DNA from: Candidatus Limnocylindria bacterium
GTDB taxonomy: Bacteria > Chloroflexota > Limnocylindria > P2-11E
Length of the DNA stretch: 64,000 bases
Reading direction: 5' to 3'
NCBI GenBank assembly: GCA_046262615.1
Contig: JBHEML010000005.1
Coordinates: 263-64,262 of the forward strand
The notes below the pieces were generated by a model. It was not told the DNA's origin. It did no database searches and worked only from the letters and a program-made list of their open reading frames with translations. Position numbers and translations under genes: made by a program. Below are positions 37,871-47,486 of this stretch, piece by piece. How positions within the stretch are numbered: position 1 is the stretch's first letter; the number at the start of each line of letters is the position of its first letter.

Positions 37871-37909
37871 CACTGGATACGGGTACTGGACACGGGCACT
37901 GGAGATGAG
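37871..37909. repeat. Three imperfect 13-bp tandem repeats
   Basis: CACTGGATACGGG TACTGGACACGGG CACTGGAGATGAG between convergent genes. Confidence 0.7.
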
Positions 37910-37949
37910 CCGCGGGTCGCGGCCCCACCGCATCCTTCCGTGTGTTGGA

Positions 37950-39446
37950 TCAGTCCGGGTCGCGGACCATGAAGCGCTCTCCCGAGAATTCGACGACCGC
38001 GCCCGGCTCGATCGGCACGTAGGCGATCTCGACCCCGGCCGCGGCCTCGACGTACCGCACGTCCAGGTCCTGTCGGGGGTGGAGTCCTTCGGTGAAGATC
38101 ACGATCGCCGTCGCGCGCATCGCGCGCCTGCGCATGCGCGGGCTCGCGTACGGATCCGGGTCGTACAGCCAGGCCCGGTATCCGGGAAGGTAGTAGCGGA
38201 CGAAGAGGAAGTCTTCGCGTGCGAGCACGATCGTGCGCTCCTTGGGGAAGTGGTCTTGGAGGTACCGCACGCGCACCTGCGCCTCACGGTCGCGGCGCGC
38301 CAGCGCGTCGGCGGAGAAACGTGTCGGCGCGAACAGGAAGAGCGCCGCGCCGGCCGCAACGACCGCCGTTCCGACGTACGGCCAGGCTCGGCGCGCGATG
38401 CCTCGCAGATGCGACAGCACGAGGTCGTCGAGGAGCGCCGCGATCAGCACGTACAGGGCGGGCAGCACGGACAGGACGTAGCCCCACTCGCCGATGTGCA
38501 CCGCGACGTAGAACGCGAGCCCCGGGACGAGCCATGCTGCGAAGAAGCCGAGCTCGTTCCTCCTCTCCGACAACGGCATCGGCGCGCGGCTGGCTCGCCC
38601 GCCGATCACATGCACGAGCGGCCCCGCGATCAGGCCAACGAGCACCACGCCGAAACCGAGTAGGCCCCACGCGAGCGAGTACAGGGTGAACCGCAGGTTG
38701 TAGCTGAACGCCGCCGGTCCCTGCGCGCCGATCGAGTAGGCGGACTCGACCGACCGCGACTGTTGCTGGATGGCGAAGAGGTACTGGTCGAGGCCGCCGG
38801 ACAGCATCGCAGTGGGAACGAACCACAGCAACGCGCCGGCGAGCGCGGCGACGGTGGCGCTGATACGCGTCCGCGCCGACGTGGGCCACAGGACCCACAG
38901 CCAGAGCGCCCCCAGGAGCAGCGCGAGGTCCTGCCGATATCCGGTCAGCAGGCCGAACGCGAAGCTTGCGAGCACGACGTGTGTCCGCCGTCGACCCGCG
39001 CGCGCGTCCCAGAAGGCGGTGGCCAGCACGACAGCAAGCAGCCCCAGCAGCGCGTAGGGATACGCGATCTCCGCGTACGTCCAGATGAGCGGGTTGAACG
39101 CGTACCCGGCGGCGACCAGGCCGGCCGCACCGGGCGACGTGAAGCGGCGCGCGAGTCGGTATACGGCCGCCGCCCCCGCCGCGCTCGCGATGACGGACAC
39201 GAGCACCAGCGCCGCGTTGCTGTCGTGCGTGATCTGGCGCAGCGCGGCCGCGGTCGCGATGTACAGGAGATAGCCGGGAGGCTGAGGCCGCTGCTCGCCG
39301 AGGCCGAAATCGACGTGAAAGCCCTGTTCGAGCGCGTTGGCGTAGAGCACGGAATCCCACGCCCAAAGGGTGTGCGTTACGAAGGGCAGCCGCGACACCA
39401 GCACGATCGCGGCGATGGCGAGCGGCGCGACCACGTCGCGCCTCAC
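37950..39446 (-). CDS. Multi-pass membrane protein, GT-C fold glycosyltransferase-like
   Basis: WDSVLY..PQPPGY first loop, many TMs, GYRQD; GTG start overlaps the TRAP stop. Confidence 0.7.
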   Translation of the reverse strand: MRRDVVAPLAIAAIVLVSRLPFVTHTLWAWDSVLYANALEQGFHVDFGLGEQRPQPPGYLLYIATAAALRQITHDSNAALVLVSVIASAAGAAAVYRLARRFTSPGAAGLVAAGYAFNPLIWTYAEIAYPYALLGLLAVVLATAFWDARAGRRRTHVVLASFAFGLLTGYRQDLALLLGALWLWVLWPTSARTRISATVAALAGALLWFVPTAMLSGGLDQYLFAIQQQSRSVESAYSIGAQGPAAFSYNLRFTLYSLAWGLLGFGVVLVGLIAGPLVHVIGGRASRAPMPLSERRNELGFFAAWLVPGLAFYVAVHIGEWGYVLSVLPALYVLIAALLDDLVLSHLRGIARRAWPYVGTAVVAAGAALFLFAPTRFSADALARRDREAQVRVRYLQDHFPKERTIVLAREDFLFVRYYLPGYRAWLYDPDPYASPRMRRRAMRATAIVIFTEGLHPRQDLDVRYVEAAAGVEIAYVPIEPGAVVEFSGERFMVRDPD

Positions 39447-41536
39447 CGGCTGGCGGGTACTTGAGCTTCTTGGAGGGGGCGGGGGATGAACAGCTGTGAG
39501 GCGCCGGCGACCGCGAGCAGCGCGAGGCCACCGACGTCGGCGATGAATCCGGGCGCGAGCAGCAGCAGCCCCGCGGCGATCAGCAGCACGCGCTCGAACC
39601 AGATCGCCGGCTTCAGAAGATAGCCGCCGACGCCGGTGACGATGGCGACGATGCCCGCGATCGCGGAGATCGACGCGAGGACGGCGTCGGGGATCGTGGT
39701 GTCGCGCCACAGGATGGCGAGGCCCCCAGGCTGCGTGAACATGAACGGCACGAGGAAGCACGGCAGTGCGTACTTCCACGTCAGCATCATCGTCTTGTAG
39801 GGATTGCCGCCCGTGATCGCCGCTGCAGCGAACGGCGAAAGCGCTACCGGCGGAGAGACCTCGCTCAGGACCGAGTAGTAGAAGACGAACATGTGGGCTG
39901 CCGGCGCGGGGACGCCGAGCGTGACGAGCGCCGGGATGACCGTGGGGACGGCGACGAGGTACGTAGCCGTGATGGGGAGCGACAGTCCGAGGACCCACAA
40001 CACGACGCCCGCGACCACCAGCGTGAGCACCAGGTTCCCGAATCCGAGCGCCAGGATCAGGCTCGAGATCTTGAGGCCGAGCCCCGTCTGCAGAAGGATC
40101 CCGACGGCGATACCCGCAACGGCCGTCGTCGCAGCCACGGACAGGACCTGCCGCGTCCCGCCGGAGAGCGCGGCGATGAGCTTCGGCCGGGTGAGCGCAG
40201 TCTCCCGGCGCAGGTACGACACGGCGATCGCGAGGATGATCGACCAGAAGATCGCGGTGACGGTGCTGAATCCGAGGACGAGGAACACGATGATCGCGAA
40301 CAGCGACGTGTACTGGTACCAGTAGCGCGCGGTGAGCGCCCAGAAGCCCGGCGCGTCGAGGGCGATGGCCTGCGCGCCCAGACGCCGGGCGTCGATCTCG
40401 ATCGTGAGGAGGATCCCGAGGTAGTAGAGGATCGTCGGCATCATCGCCATGACGACGATCTCCAGATAGCTGATGCGGAGGATCTCCGCCATGAGGAACG
40501 CCGCCGGGCCGAGCACCGGCGGCGAGATGACGGCGCCGATGCCGCCCGCGGAGAGGATCGCGCCGGAGGACTCGCGGTCGTGCCCGGCTTTCTTGAGCAT
40601 TGGGTACGCGATCGATCCGAGAGTGACGGTCGTTGCTACGCCTGACCCTGAGACGGTCCCCAGCAGGAACGACGCGAGCGTCACGGTCCGCGCCGCGCCG
40701 GTCGGCCTGCGGCCCGTCAGCGCGAAGGCGAGATCGACGTAGAACTTGCCGGCGCCGGTGTGATCGAGCACCGCGCCGTAGATCGTGAACAGGATGATGA
40801 ACGTCGCGGCCACCAGTAGCGGCTGCCCCAGCATCCCGTCCGTGCCGAGGTACTGATTGCCGACGATGTCGTCGAGGTTCTTGGGCGGTCCCCGGAACGG
40901 ACCGGGCACGAAGTCGGCGAAGTACGCGTACGCGATCGCGATGAGGCCGAGCGCCGGGAGATGCCACCCGATCGTCCGGCGGCCCGCCTCGAGCACGAGC
41001 ACGATCGCGATCACGCCGAGGATGAAGTCGGTCGGCGTCGGGCTGTTCGCGCGGAAGATCACCTCCTCGTAGTTCACCAGGACGTAGCCCGTGACCACGA
41101 GCGACGCGAGCGCGAGCGCGATGTCCGGGAGCGTCACGCGACGAAGGAACCGGGGATGGGCGGGGTACAGGAGGAAAGTCAGCACGAGGATCGCGGCGAG
41201 GAAGATCAGCTCGTAGATCTGCTTCGTCGTGACGGTCTGCCCGAAGATGCGGATGCTCGGGACGAGCACCACGTCGGTGAAGGGGATCGTCGCTCCAGCG
41301 GCCGCGTAGTACAGCGCGAACAGCGTCGTCGCGACCGAGAGAGAGGTGACCAGCCGATCCCACCAGCCGGTCAGCGTGCGGGTCTTGGCCTCCGACTCGA
41401 ATTCCTCGATGAGTTCCCGGTTCTTCTCGCCCGATACGACCTGCTCGAAGTCCGGCCGGACGACGATGTCCCCTTCGGGGGCGGATGCGTTCGTTTTCTG
41501 GTCGGAAGCCGATGGCGGCGCGCTCTCGCCGCTCAT
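39443..41536 (-). CDS. TRAP transporter 4TM/12TM fusion permease
   Basis: LEAGRR, GTVSGSGVAT, PPVLG.AAFLMAE, LGLSLP.TATY, AHMFVFYY..SEVSPPVAL. Confidence 0.92.
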   Translation of the reverse strand: MSGESAPPSASDQKTNASAPEGDIVVRPDFEQVVSGEKNRELIEEFESEAKTRTLTGWWDRLVTSLSVATTLFALYYAAAGATIPFTDVVLVPSIRIFGQTVTTKQIYELIFLAAILVLTFLLYPAHPRFLRRVTLPDIALALASLVVTGYVLVNYEEVIFRANSPTPTDFILGVIAIVLVLEAGRRTIGWHLPALGLIAIAYAYFADFVPGPFRGPPKNLDDIVGNQYLGTDGMLGQPLLVAATFIILFTIYGAVLDHTGAGKFYVDLAFALTGRRPTGAARTVTLASFLLGTVSGSGVATTVTLGSIAYPMLKKAGHDRESSGAILSAGGIGAVISPPVLGPAAFLMAEILRISYLEIVVMAMMPTILYYLGILLTIEIDARRLGAQAIALDAPGFWALTARYWYQYTSLFAIIVFLVLGFSTVTAIFWSIILAIAVSYLRRETALTRPKLIAALSGGTRQVLSVAATTAVAGIAVGILLQTGLGLKISSLILALGFGNLVLTLVVAGVVLWVLGLSLPITATYLVAVPTVIPALVTLGVPAPAAHMFVFYYSVLSEVSPPVALSPFAAAAITGGNPYKTMMLTWKYALPCFLVPFMFTQPGGLAILWRDTTIPDAVLASISAIAGIVAIVTGVGGYLLKPAIWFERVLLIAAGLLLLAPGFIADVGGLALLAVAGASQLFIPRPLQEAQVPASR

Positions 41537-42012
41537 CTCGCGAGCACCAGCGATGCGAGCGGCCGTTGTTCTGGGCGCACGTCGAGCAGCGCCTCGCCGA
41601 ACCGTTGCCGGAGCTCGAGGGCCCACCGCGCCGCGGCGAGTCGCTGGCGTCCCTCCGCGGTGACGCGGATCAGCACGGCCGGCACGTCGACCGGCGGCGC
41701 GTCCTGGACGTAGCCGCCGTCCGCGGCGACGATCCGCCCGTCCCAGCCGAAGTATTCGACCGCGCGTATGTCGGTCGAGCTCCCCCGAAGCGTCCGCACC
41801 TGGCCATCCCTGCGTTGCAACTCTTCCTCCACTGTCGCCCGGTAGATGGAGTGGAGAAAGGAGTACCTGAACCGCTCTCCGTCGTCCAGCTGCCCGAGCC
41901 ACTCGTCCCCGCCGGCAGAAACGGCGAGGACCGCGACGGGCTGCGCGAGGACGGCGGCGGCCAGCGTCAACGCGAAGGCCGCGAGGGCCAGCAGTGCCCT
42001 CGCTGCGCCTAC
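41533..42012 (-). CDS. DUF1850-like TRAP-associated protein (start uncertain)
   Basis: N-terminal TM, FRYSFLHSIYRATVEE motif, located between TAXI and permease genes. Confidence 0.75.
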   Translation of the reverse strand, partial: VGAARALLALAAFALTLAAAVLAQPVAVLAVSAGGDEWLGQLDDGERFRYSFLHSIYRATVEEELQRRDGQVRTLRGSSTDIRAVEYFGWDGRIVAADGGYVQDAPPVDVPAVLIRVTAEGRQRLAAARWALELRQRFGEALLDVRPEQRPLASLVLAR

Positions 42013-43010
42013 TTCTTCCAGGCGCCCTTCGACTTGTAGTAGTCGATCGCTCCCTGGTGGTAGTCGATCGGCGAGCCCTCGACCGCGGTCTCGAGTTTCA
42101 GGTTCTTCGCCTCGGGATGGATCGCGACGAGGTCCGCCTGGCTGTCGAACATCGTCTGGAGGATCGCCGCGGCGAGTTTGGGATCGAAGTTCGACGGCAC
42201 CACCAGAAGGTTCGCCACGCCGGCGACGGTGATGTCCGCGTCGTTCTTGTAGGTGTCCTTCGGGATCTTCGCCGCGAAGTAGAACGGCCCGTACTTGTCG
42301 GCCATCTTCTTTACGCCGTCGGCCTGGTCGAGGAACCTCAGCTTCACGGTGTTGGCGAGATCGGTGACGGCTCCCGTCGGCAGGCCGCCGTCCCAGAAGA
42401 ACGCATCGATCTTGCCGTCGCGCAGCGCATCTGCGGAGTCCTGGACGCCGAGCCGCTCCCGCTTGATGTCTGTGTCGGCGCTCATCCCGTAGGCCTCGAG
42501 AACGCGGTTGCCCTTGGTTTCGGTCCCCGACCCCGCGGCACCCATCGAGACCCGCTTGCCGCGCAGGTCCGCCATCGAGTTGATGCCGGCCCCGTCCTTC
42601 GCTACGACGTGCATGAAGTTCGTGTACAGGACGGCCAGGGCCTTCGCGTCGACCTTCGCCTCGGGCGGGGCGAAACGGCCCTTGCCGTTCACCGCGTCGT
42701 AGGCCGTGTCGGACAAGGTGAAGGCGAGGTCGGCCTTGCCGTCGCGGATGAGCTTCATGTTGTCGACCGATGCGGGCGTCGATTGGGCGCTCGCGGCCAC
42801 CTTCAGCTTCTTGCTGAGCACGTCGGACAGCCCGCCGCCGTACACGATGTAGACGCCGCCCGTGCCGCCCGTGACGACGTTCAGCGATCTGCCCTCGAAG
42901 GTGGGCGCTCCGGTGGCGCTCGCGGTGGATCCGGCGCGCGGCGCCTGGCACGCGGAAGCGACCAGCAGGACGGCGAGGAGCAGCCCGGGAACGCGCGACC
43001 GCCCGATCAT
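42009..43010 (-). CDS. TAXI-family TRAP solute-binding lipoprotein
   Basis: Lipobox-like ASAC, TGGTGGVY, ASVDN, DLRGKRVS.GAAGSGT, H.GA..YY. Confidence 0.93.
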   Translation of the reverse strand: MIGRSRVPGLLLAVLLVASACQAPRAGSTASATGAPTFEGRSLNVVTGGTGGVYIVYGGGLSDVLSKKLKVAASAQSTPASVDNMKLIRDGKADLAFTLSDTAYDAVNGKGRFAPPEAKVDAKALAVLYTNFMHVVAKDGAGINSMADLRGKRVSMGAAGSGTETKGNRVLEAYGMSADTDIKRERLGVQDSADALRDGKIDAFFWDGGLPTGAVTDLANTVKLRFLDQADGVKKMADKYGPFYFAAKIPKDTYKNDADITVAGVANLLVVPSNFDPKLAAAILQTMFDSQADLVAIHPEAKNLKLETAVEGSPIDYHQGAIDYYKSKGAWKK

Positions 43011-43144
43011 CGACTCACCCCCGCGCAGAGCATACCGAGCCGCTCAGAACCTACGGTAACCGCGGTAACGAGCGAGGAGCGGGTCCCCCGCGACGAGCGA
43101 AGACCACCAGCCCTGAGCTGTCACGGGCGAAGCCGCGTGATTGG

Positions 43145-43624
43145 TCATGAAGCGGGGGCACGGGTGACGCGGAGCGCCCTCCGCTCGCGGGCGGCGGCCA
43201 TCCGGCGGCGCTCCTCGTCGCTCTCCGCGAAAACGGGCGGTACTTCGATCGGCCGGCCGTGCTCGTCGATCGCGACGAATACGAGGTACGCGGAGGACAC
43301 GTGGACGACCTGTCCGCTCAGCGTGTCCTCCGCCGTGACGCGCACTCCGACTTCCATGCTCGTCCGTCCGGCGTCGTTCACGGAGGCGGCAGCTGTCACG
43401 AGGTTGCCGACGTAGACCGGAGCGACGAACGACAGCTCGTCAATACGGGCGGTGACGACACGCGCCCGTGCGTGGCGCGACGCCGCCGCGCCGGCGCACG
43501 CGTCGATGAGCCGCACTATCTCGCCGCCGTGGACGTTGCCCATCGGATTCGCGTCGGACGGCAGCATCGTCTGCGAGAAGATCGTCTTCGATGCCGAAAC
43601 GGGCTTTGGAGAGATGTCGCGCAC
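43145..43624 (-). CDS. Hotdog-fold acyl-CoA thioesterase
   Basis: DANPMGNVHGG, VVTA.ID, GRTSMEVGV, FVAID. Confidence 0.92.
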   Translation of the reverse strand: MRDISPKPVSASKTIFSQTMLPSDANPMGNVHGGEIVRLIDACAGAAASRHARARVVTARIDELSFVAPVYVGNLVTAAASVNDAGRTSMEVGVRVTAEDTLSGQVVHVSSAYLVFVAIDEHGRPIEVPPVFAESDEERRRMAAARERRALRVTRAPAS

Positions 43625-43721
43625 CGCGGCGATTCTGTCACGAGCACGCGCCGGCTCTCCTCATCCGGCCACCGGCAGACCGCCGAGATCCCCGGCCGGA
43701 CGCGGCCGATAGCATCCTGAG

Positions 43722-44222
43722 GTGCTCTCGGGCGAGGAGATTCGCGCGGCCCTCGCGGCACGGCCTCCGCTCGTCGAGGACATCGACATCGCGGCGCAGC
43801 TCCAACCCGGCGGCATCGACCTGCGCGTGGCCAGTGTCCACCGTTTGTCGTCGGCAGGCGTGCTCGGAACCGACGTCCGCGAGCCGGCGTCGCGCGAAGA
43901 GGTCGCCGCCGATGACGACGGCTGGTGGGACCTGCCTCCAGGCGCGTTCGTGATCGGCTACCGCGAGAGGGTGAATCTCCCGAACGACGTGATGGCGCTC
44001 GCGCAGCCGCGCTCGAGCCTCCTGCGGTCGGGCGTCGCGATCCACAGCGCGGTCTGGGATGCCGGGTACAGCGGGCGCGGCGAGGGGCTGCTGGCCGTGA
44101 TGGACCCGCACGGGTACCGGTTGCAACGGGGCGCGCGCGTGCTCCAGCTGGTCTTCTACCGGCTCGCGGTCCCGCCGAGCGCCGGCTATCGCGGGCGCTA
44201 CCTCGGGGAGGGTTCCTCGTGA
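43722..44222 (+). CDS. dUTPase/dCTP deaminase family protein
   Basis: QPGGIDL, PRSSLLRSG, VWDAGYSG, QLVF, YRGRY. Confidence 0.88.
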   Translation: MLSGEEIRAALAARPPLVEDIDIAAQLQPGGIDLRVASVHRLSSAGVLGTDVREPASREEVAADDDGWWDLPPGAFVIGYRERVNLPNDVMALAQPRSSLLRSGVAIHSAVWDAGYSGRGEGLLAVMDPHGYRLQRGARVLQLVFYRLAVPPSAGYRGRYLGEGSS

Positions 44223-44470
44223 CCGAGTCCGGGAGGCCGGGCTCCATCCGCACCGAGGCGAACGGCCCGTACGTCGTCACGGGGCCGCTGGTGATCGTCG
44301 ACGTCGATGGTCATGAGGTGTTCGTCCCGGCCGGCCACACGGTCAAGCTGTGCCGCTGTGGTCACTCGGACAAGAAGCCGTACTGCGACCAAAGCCACCG
44401 CCGCGTCGACTTCGTCTCGCGGCCATCGTTCGAGCCGGAGCCCGTGCTGCAGAAGGAGGACCCGCAATGA
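44219..44470 (+). CDS. CDGSH iron-sulfur domain protein
   Basis: NGPYVV, LCRCGHSDKKPYCDQSH. Confidence 0.88.
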   Translation: MTESGRPGSIRTEANGPYVVTGPLVIVDVDGHEVFVPAGHTVKLCRCGHSDKKPYCDQSHRRVDFVSRPSFEPEPVLQKEDPQ

Positions 44471-45645
44471 AGTCACTGGTCCTGCACGACGCCGCCCTTG
44501 CCGATGGACGCTCGCAGCACATGACGCTTGGCGTCAGCATGCGCGTGCAGGACGGCCGCATCGCGTGGATACGGCCGGCCGACGACGCCGACCTTAGCGA
44601 TGCCGAGGTGGTCGACGCAGGGGGCGCGACGATCGTGCCCGCGATGGTGGATGGGCACAGCCACCTGACGCTCCAGGGCGGCAGCCATTGGCTCGAACGC
44701 GGCAGTGATCCGCCCGCGGTGCTCATGCAGGTGGCGCGCGACAACGCGCGCCGCCTCGTGCAGGCAGGGGTCCTGTGGGCGCGCGACGTCGGGGCGCCGC
44801 GCGTTAATGGACGCGCGCTCAGCCTCGCCGTGCGCGACGAGCTCGACGGCAAGCCCGGCCAGCCGTACATCCGCGTCGCGGGCACGTGGCTGGCGAAGAC
44901 CGGCTGGCCGCCTCTCCTGATCACCGTCGATGACGGCACGGAGCTCGCGGCGGCAGCGGTGGCGCAGCTCGACCAGGGCACGGACCTCGTGAAGCTCTAC
45001 CTCGATTCGCCCGGCGGCTCCACGGAGGCGCCGTTCGGCGTCGACGACGTCTGCGGGATGGTGGATGCCGTGCACGCGCGCGGCGCCCGCGTCGCCGCCC
45101 ACGCCACCTACCTCGCCGGCGTGCGCGTCGGCGCGGAGGCGGGGGTCGACACCATCGAACACGGGATGGAGATCGACGACGACACCGCTCGCGTCATGGC
45201 GGAGCGCGGCGTCGCCCTCGTCTCAACGCTCTCCGTCTTCGCGTCGTGGGAAACCTTTGCGGCGACCACCCGCATCGAGCGCTTCACGTCCGATGAAGCG
45301 CGCCGGCGCATGGCCAAGCGCCGCGAAGGCGCCTATGCCGCCGTCGCCGCGGCGCGGCGCGCCGGCGTGCGTATCGCGACCGGCTCCGATTTCGGAGGCG
45401 GTTCGGTACGCGCCGGTCACCTCGCGTGGGAAGTGGAGCTGCTCGTTGGCGCCGGCCTCGAGCCGCACGAGGCGCTGGCGGCCGCAACGTGGCGCGGCGG
45501 TGAGGTGCTCGGCATCGACCACGCGGGACGCATCGAGGAGGGCATGCCCGCGGACCTCGTGCTCGTGCACGGCGATCCGCTTTCGGACCCGCGCGCGCTC
45601 TGGCGGGTGTGGGCGGTGTATCAGCGCGGCGTCCGGGTCGCGTGA
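44467..45645 (+). CDS. Metal-dependent amidohydrolase
   Basis: DGHSH, VKLY, AAHA, IEHG, GSDFG, ADLVLV; SD AAGGAGG. Confidence 0.9.
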   Translation: MKSLVLHDAALADGRSQHMTLGVSMRVQDGRIAWIRPADDADLSDAEVVDAGGATIVPAMVDGHSHLTLQGGSHWLERGSDPPAVLMQVARDNARRLVQAGVLWARDVGAPRVNGRALSLAVRDELDGKPGQPYIRVAGTWLAKTGWPPLLITVDDGTELAAAAVAQLDQGTDLVKLYLDSPGGSTEAPFGVDDVCGMVDAVHARGARVAAHATYLAGVRVGAEAGVDTIEHGMEIDDDTARVMAERGVALVSTLSVFASWETFAATTRIERFTSDEARRRMAKRREGAYAAVAAARRAGVRIATGSDFGGGSVRAGHLAWEVELLVGAGLEPHEALAAATWRGGEVLGIDHAGRIEEGMPADLVLVHGDPLSDPRALWRVWAVYQRGVRVA

Positions 45646-45811
45646 AACGGTTCAAGGAGCGCGACACCGCGCCTGCGAGTCGAATCGATCCAGGGGCCGA
45701 ACGCCGCCACTTCACGAAGGGCCGCCGGGTCGATGGCGCGGGGCTCGTGCCGTGCCGTGGAACTCGTCCGCGGGATCGGGGCGGCGGGACGCGCGCGCCA
45801 GCACTCCGCGA

Positions 45812-47461
45812 TCAGTCGACGCTGGGCAGGTCGACCCCGTGCGACTTGGCGAAGGCGATCGCGTCCTCGTAGCCCGCGTCGGCGTGCCGCATCACCCCGG
45901 TGCCCGGGTCCGTCGTGAGCACGCGCCTCAGCTTCTCGCGGCCCAGCGGCGTGCCGTCGGCGACGGCGACCATGCCGGCGTGGATGGAGTTGCCGATGCC
46001 CACGCCGCCCCCGTGGTGTACGGAGACCCACGTCGCGCCGGCGGCCGTGTTCAGCAGCGCGTTGAGTATCGGCCAGTCGGCGATGGCGTCGCTGCCATCC
46101 TTCATCTGCTCGGTCTCGCGGAACGGCGACGCGACGGATCCTGAGTCGAGGTGGTCGCGGCCGATGACGATCGGCGCGCGTAGCTCACCCGACGCCACGA
46201 GCTCGTCGATGCATTCGCCGAACTGCGCCCGCTCGCCGTATCCGAGCCAGCACACGCGCGAGGGGAGGCCCTGGAACCGCACGCGCTGACGCGCGAGGCG
46301 GATCCACCGGGCGAGAGACTCGTCGTGCGGGAACAGCTCGAGCACGGCCTCATCCGTGCGGGCGATGTCGGCCGGATCCCCTGACAGCGCCACCCAGCGG
46401 AACGGCCCGCGACCTTGAGCGAATAGCGGCCGGATGTACTCGGGCACGAAGCCGGGGTAGCCGAACGCCTCGGCGAAGCCGCCCCGCAGCGCCTCACCAC
46501 GCAGGTTGTTCCCGTAGTCGAACGCGACAGCGCCACGGCGGGAAAGGGCCATGATCGCCGCGCAGTGGCGCGCCATCGCGTCGCGCGAGGCCGCCACGTA
46601 CGCCTCCGGATCGTCGTGCCGTAGTCGTTCTGCGCCATCGATGTCGGGTACGTACCCCCCGAGCGGATCGTGGGCGCTGGTCTGATCGGTGACGACATCG
46701 ACCTGCACGTCCCGGCGGGCGAGCTCGGGCAACACGGCAGCGGCGTTGGCCACGAGACCGATGGACCGCGGTGTGGCCGCGGCGCGGTGCCCCTCGGCGA
46801 CCGCGAGCGCTTCGTCGAGCGAGAAGCACAGCTCGTCGACGAATCCCTGCGCGAGGCGGCGCTCGGCGCGCGCGCCATCGACCTCGACCACGAGCGCGAC
46901 GCCGTCGTTCATCGTCACCGCGAGCGGCTGCGCCCCTCCCATGCCGCCAAGCCCGGCGCTGACCACGAGTTTCCCGCGCAGCGTCCCGCCGAAGTGCCGG
47001 CGGGCGACCGCGGCGAACGTCTCGTAGGTGCCCTGGAGGACCCCCTGCGTGCCGATGTAGATCCACGAACCTGCGGTCATCTGGCCGTACATCGTCAGGC
47101 CCAGCGCCTCGAGCTCGCGGAACCGTTCCCATGTCGACCACGCCGGAACAAGCAGCGCGTTGGCGATGAGGACCCGCGGCGCCCATTCGTGCGTCCGGAA
47201 AACGCCGACGGGCTTTCCCGACTGGACCAGGAGCGTCTCGTCGTGTCGCAGGCGTTGGAGCGTCGTGCAGATCCGGTCGAACGCCTGCCAGGATCGCGCC
47301 GCGCGCCCGGTGCCGCCGTACACGACGAGGTCTTCCGACCGCTCCGCTACCTCCGGGTCCAGGTTGTTCTGGATCATGCGGAACGCCGCCTCCTGGGGCC
47401 AGCCCAGGCACGAGATGTCGGTCCCGCGCGGCGCGCGGACGGCGCGTGCGACGGCGCTCAC
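45812..47461 (-). CDS. hutU: Urocanate hydratase
   Basis: [53 protein letters not shown]. Confidence 0.97.
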   Translation of the reverse strand: MSAVARAVRAPRGTDISCLGWPQEAAFRMIQNNLDPEVAERSEDLVVYGGTGRAARSWQAFDRICTTLQRLRHDETLLVQSGKPVGVFRTHEWAPRVLIANALLVPAWSTWERFRELEALGLTMYGQMTAGSWIYIGTQGVLQGTYETFAAVARRHFGGTLRGKLVVSAGLGGMGGAQPLAVTMNDGVALVVEVDGARAERRLAQGFVDELCFSLDEALAVAEGHRAAATPRSIGLVANAAAVLPELARRDVQVDVVTDQTSAHDPLGGYVPDIDGAERLRHDDPEAYVAASRDAMARHCAAIMALSRRGAVAFDYGNNLRGEALRGGFAEAFGYPGFVPEYIRPLFAQGRGPFRWVALSGDPADIARTDEAVLELFPHDESLARWIRLARQRVRFQGLPSRVCWLGYGERAQFGECIDELVASGELRAPIVIGRDHLDSGSVASPFRETEQMKDGSDAIADWPILNALLNTAAGATWVSVHHGGGVGIGNSIHAGMVAVADGTPLGREKLRRVLTTDPGTGVMRHADAGYEDAIAFAKSHGVDLPSVD

Positions 47462-47486
47462 GAGTTGACGGCCCGCGCGGCAGCGG

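Noticed and set aside
37871-37909. Possible mini-CRISPR
   Set aside because: Repeats are 13 bp with no spacers and no cas genes; the AddB Cas4-like nuclease domain is explained by AddAB
39447-41363. N-terminal 640 aa of the 1137-aa ORF 37950..41363
   Set aside because: Arg/Pro-rich off-frame shadow of the TRAP permease; the real gene starts at GTG 39446
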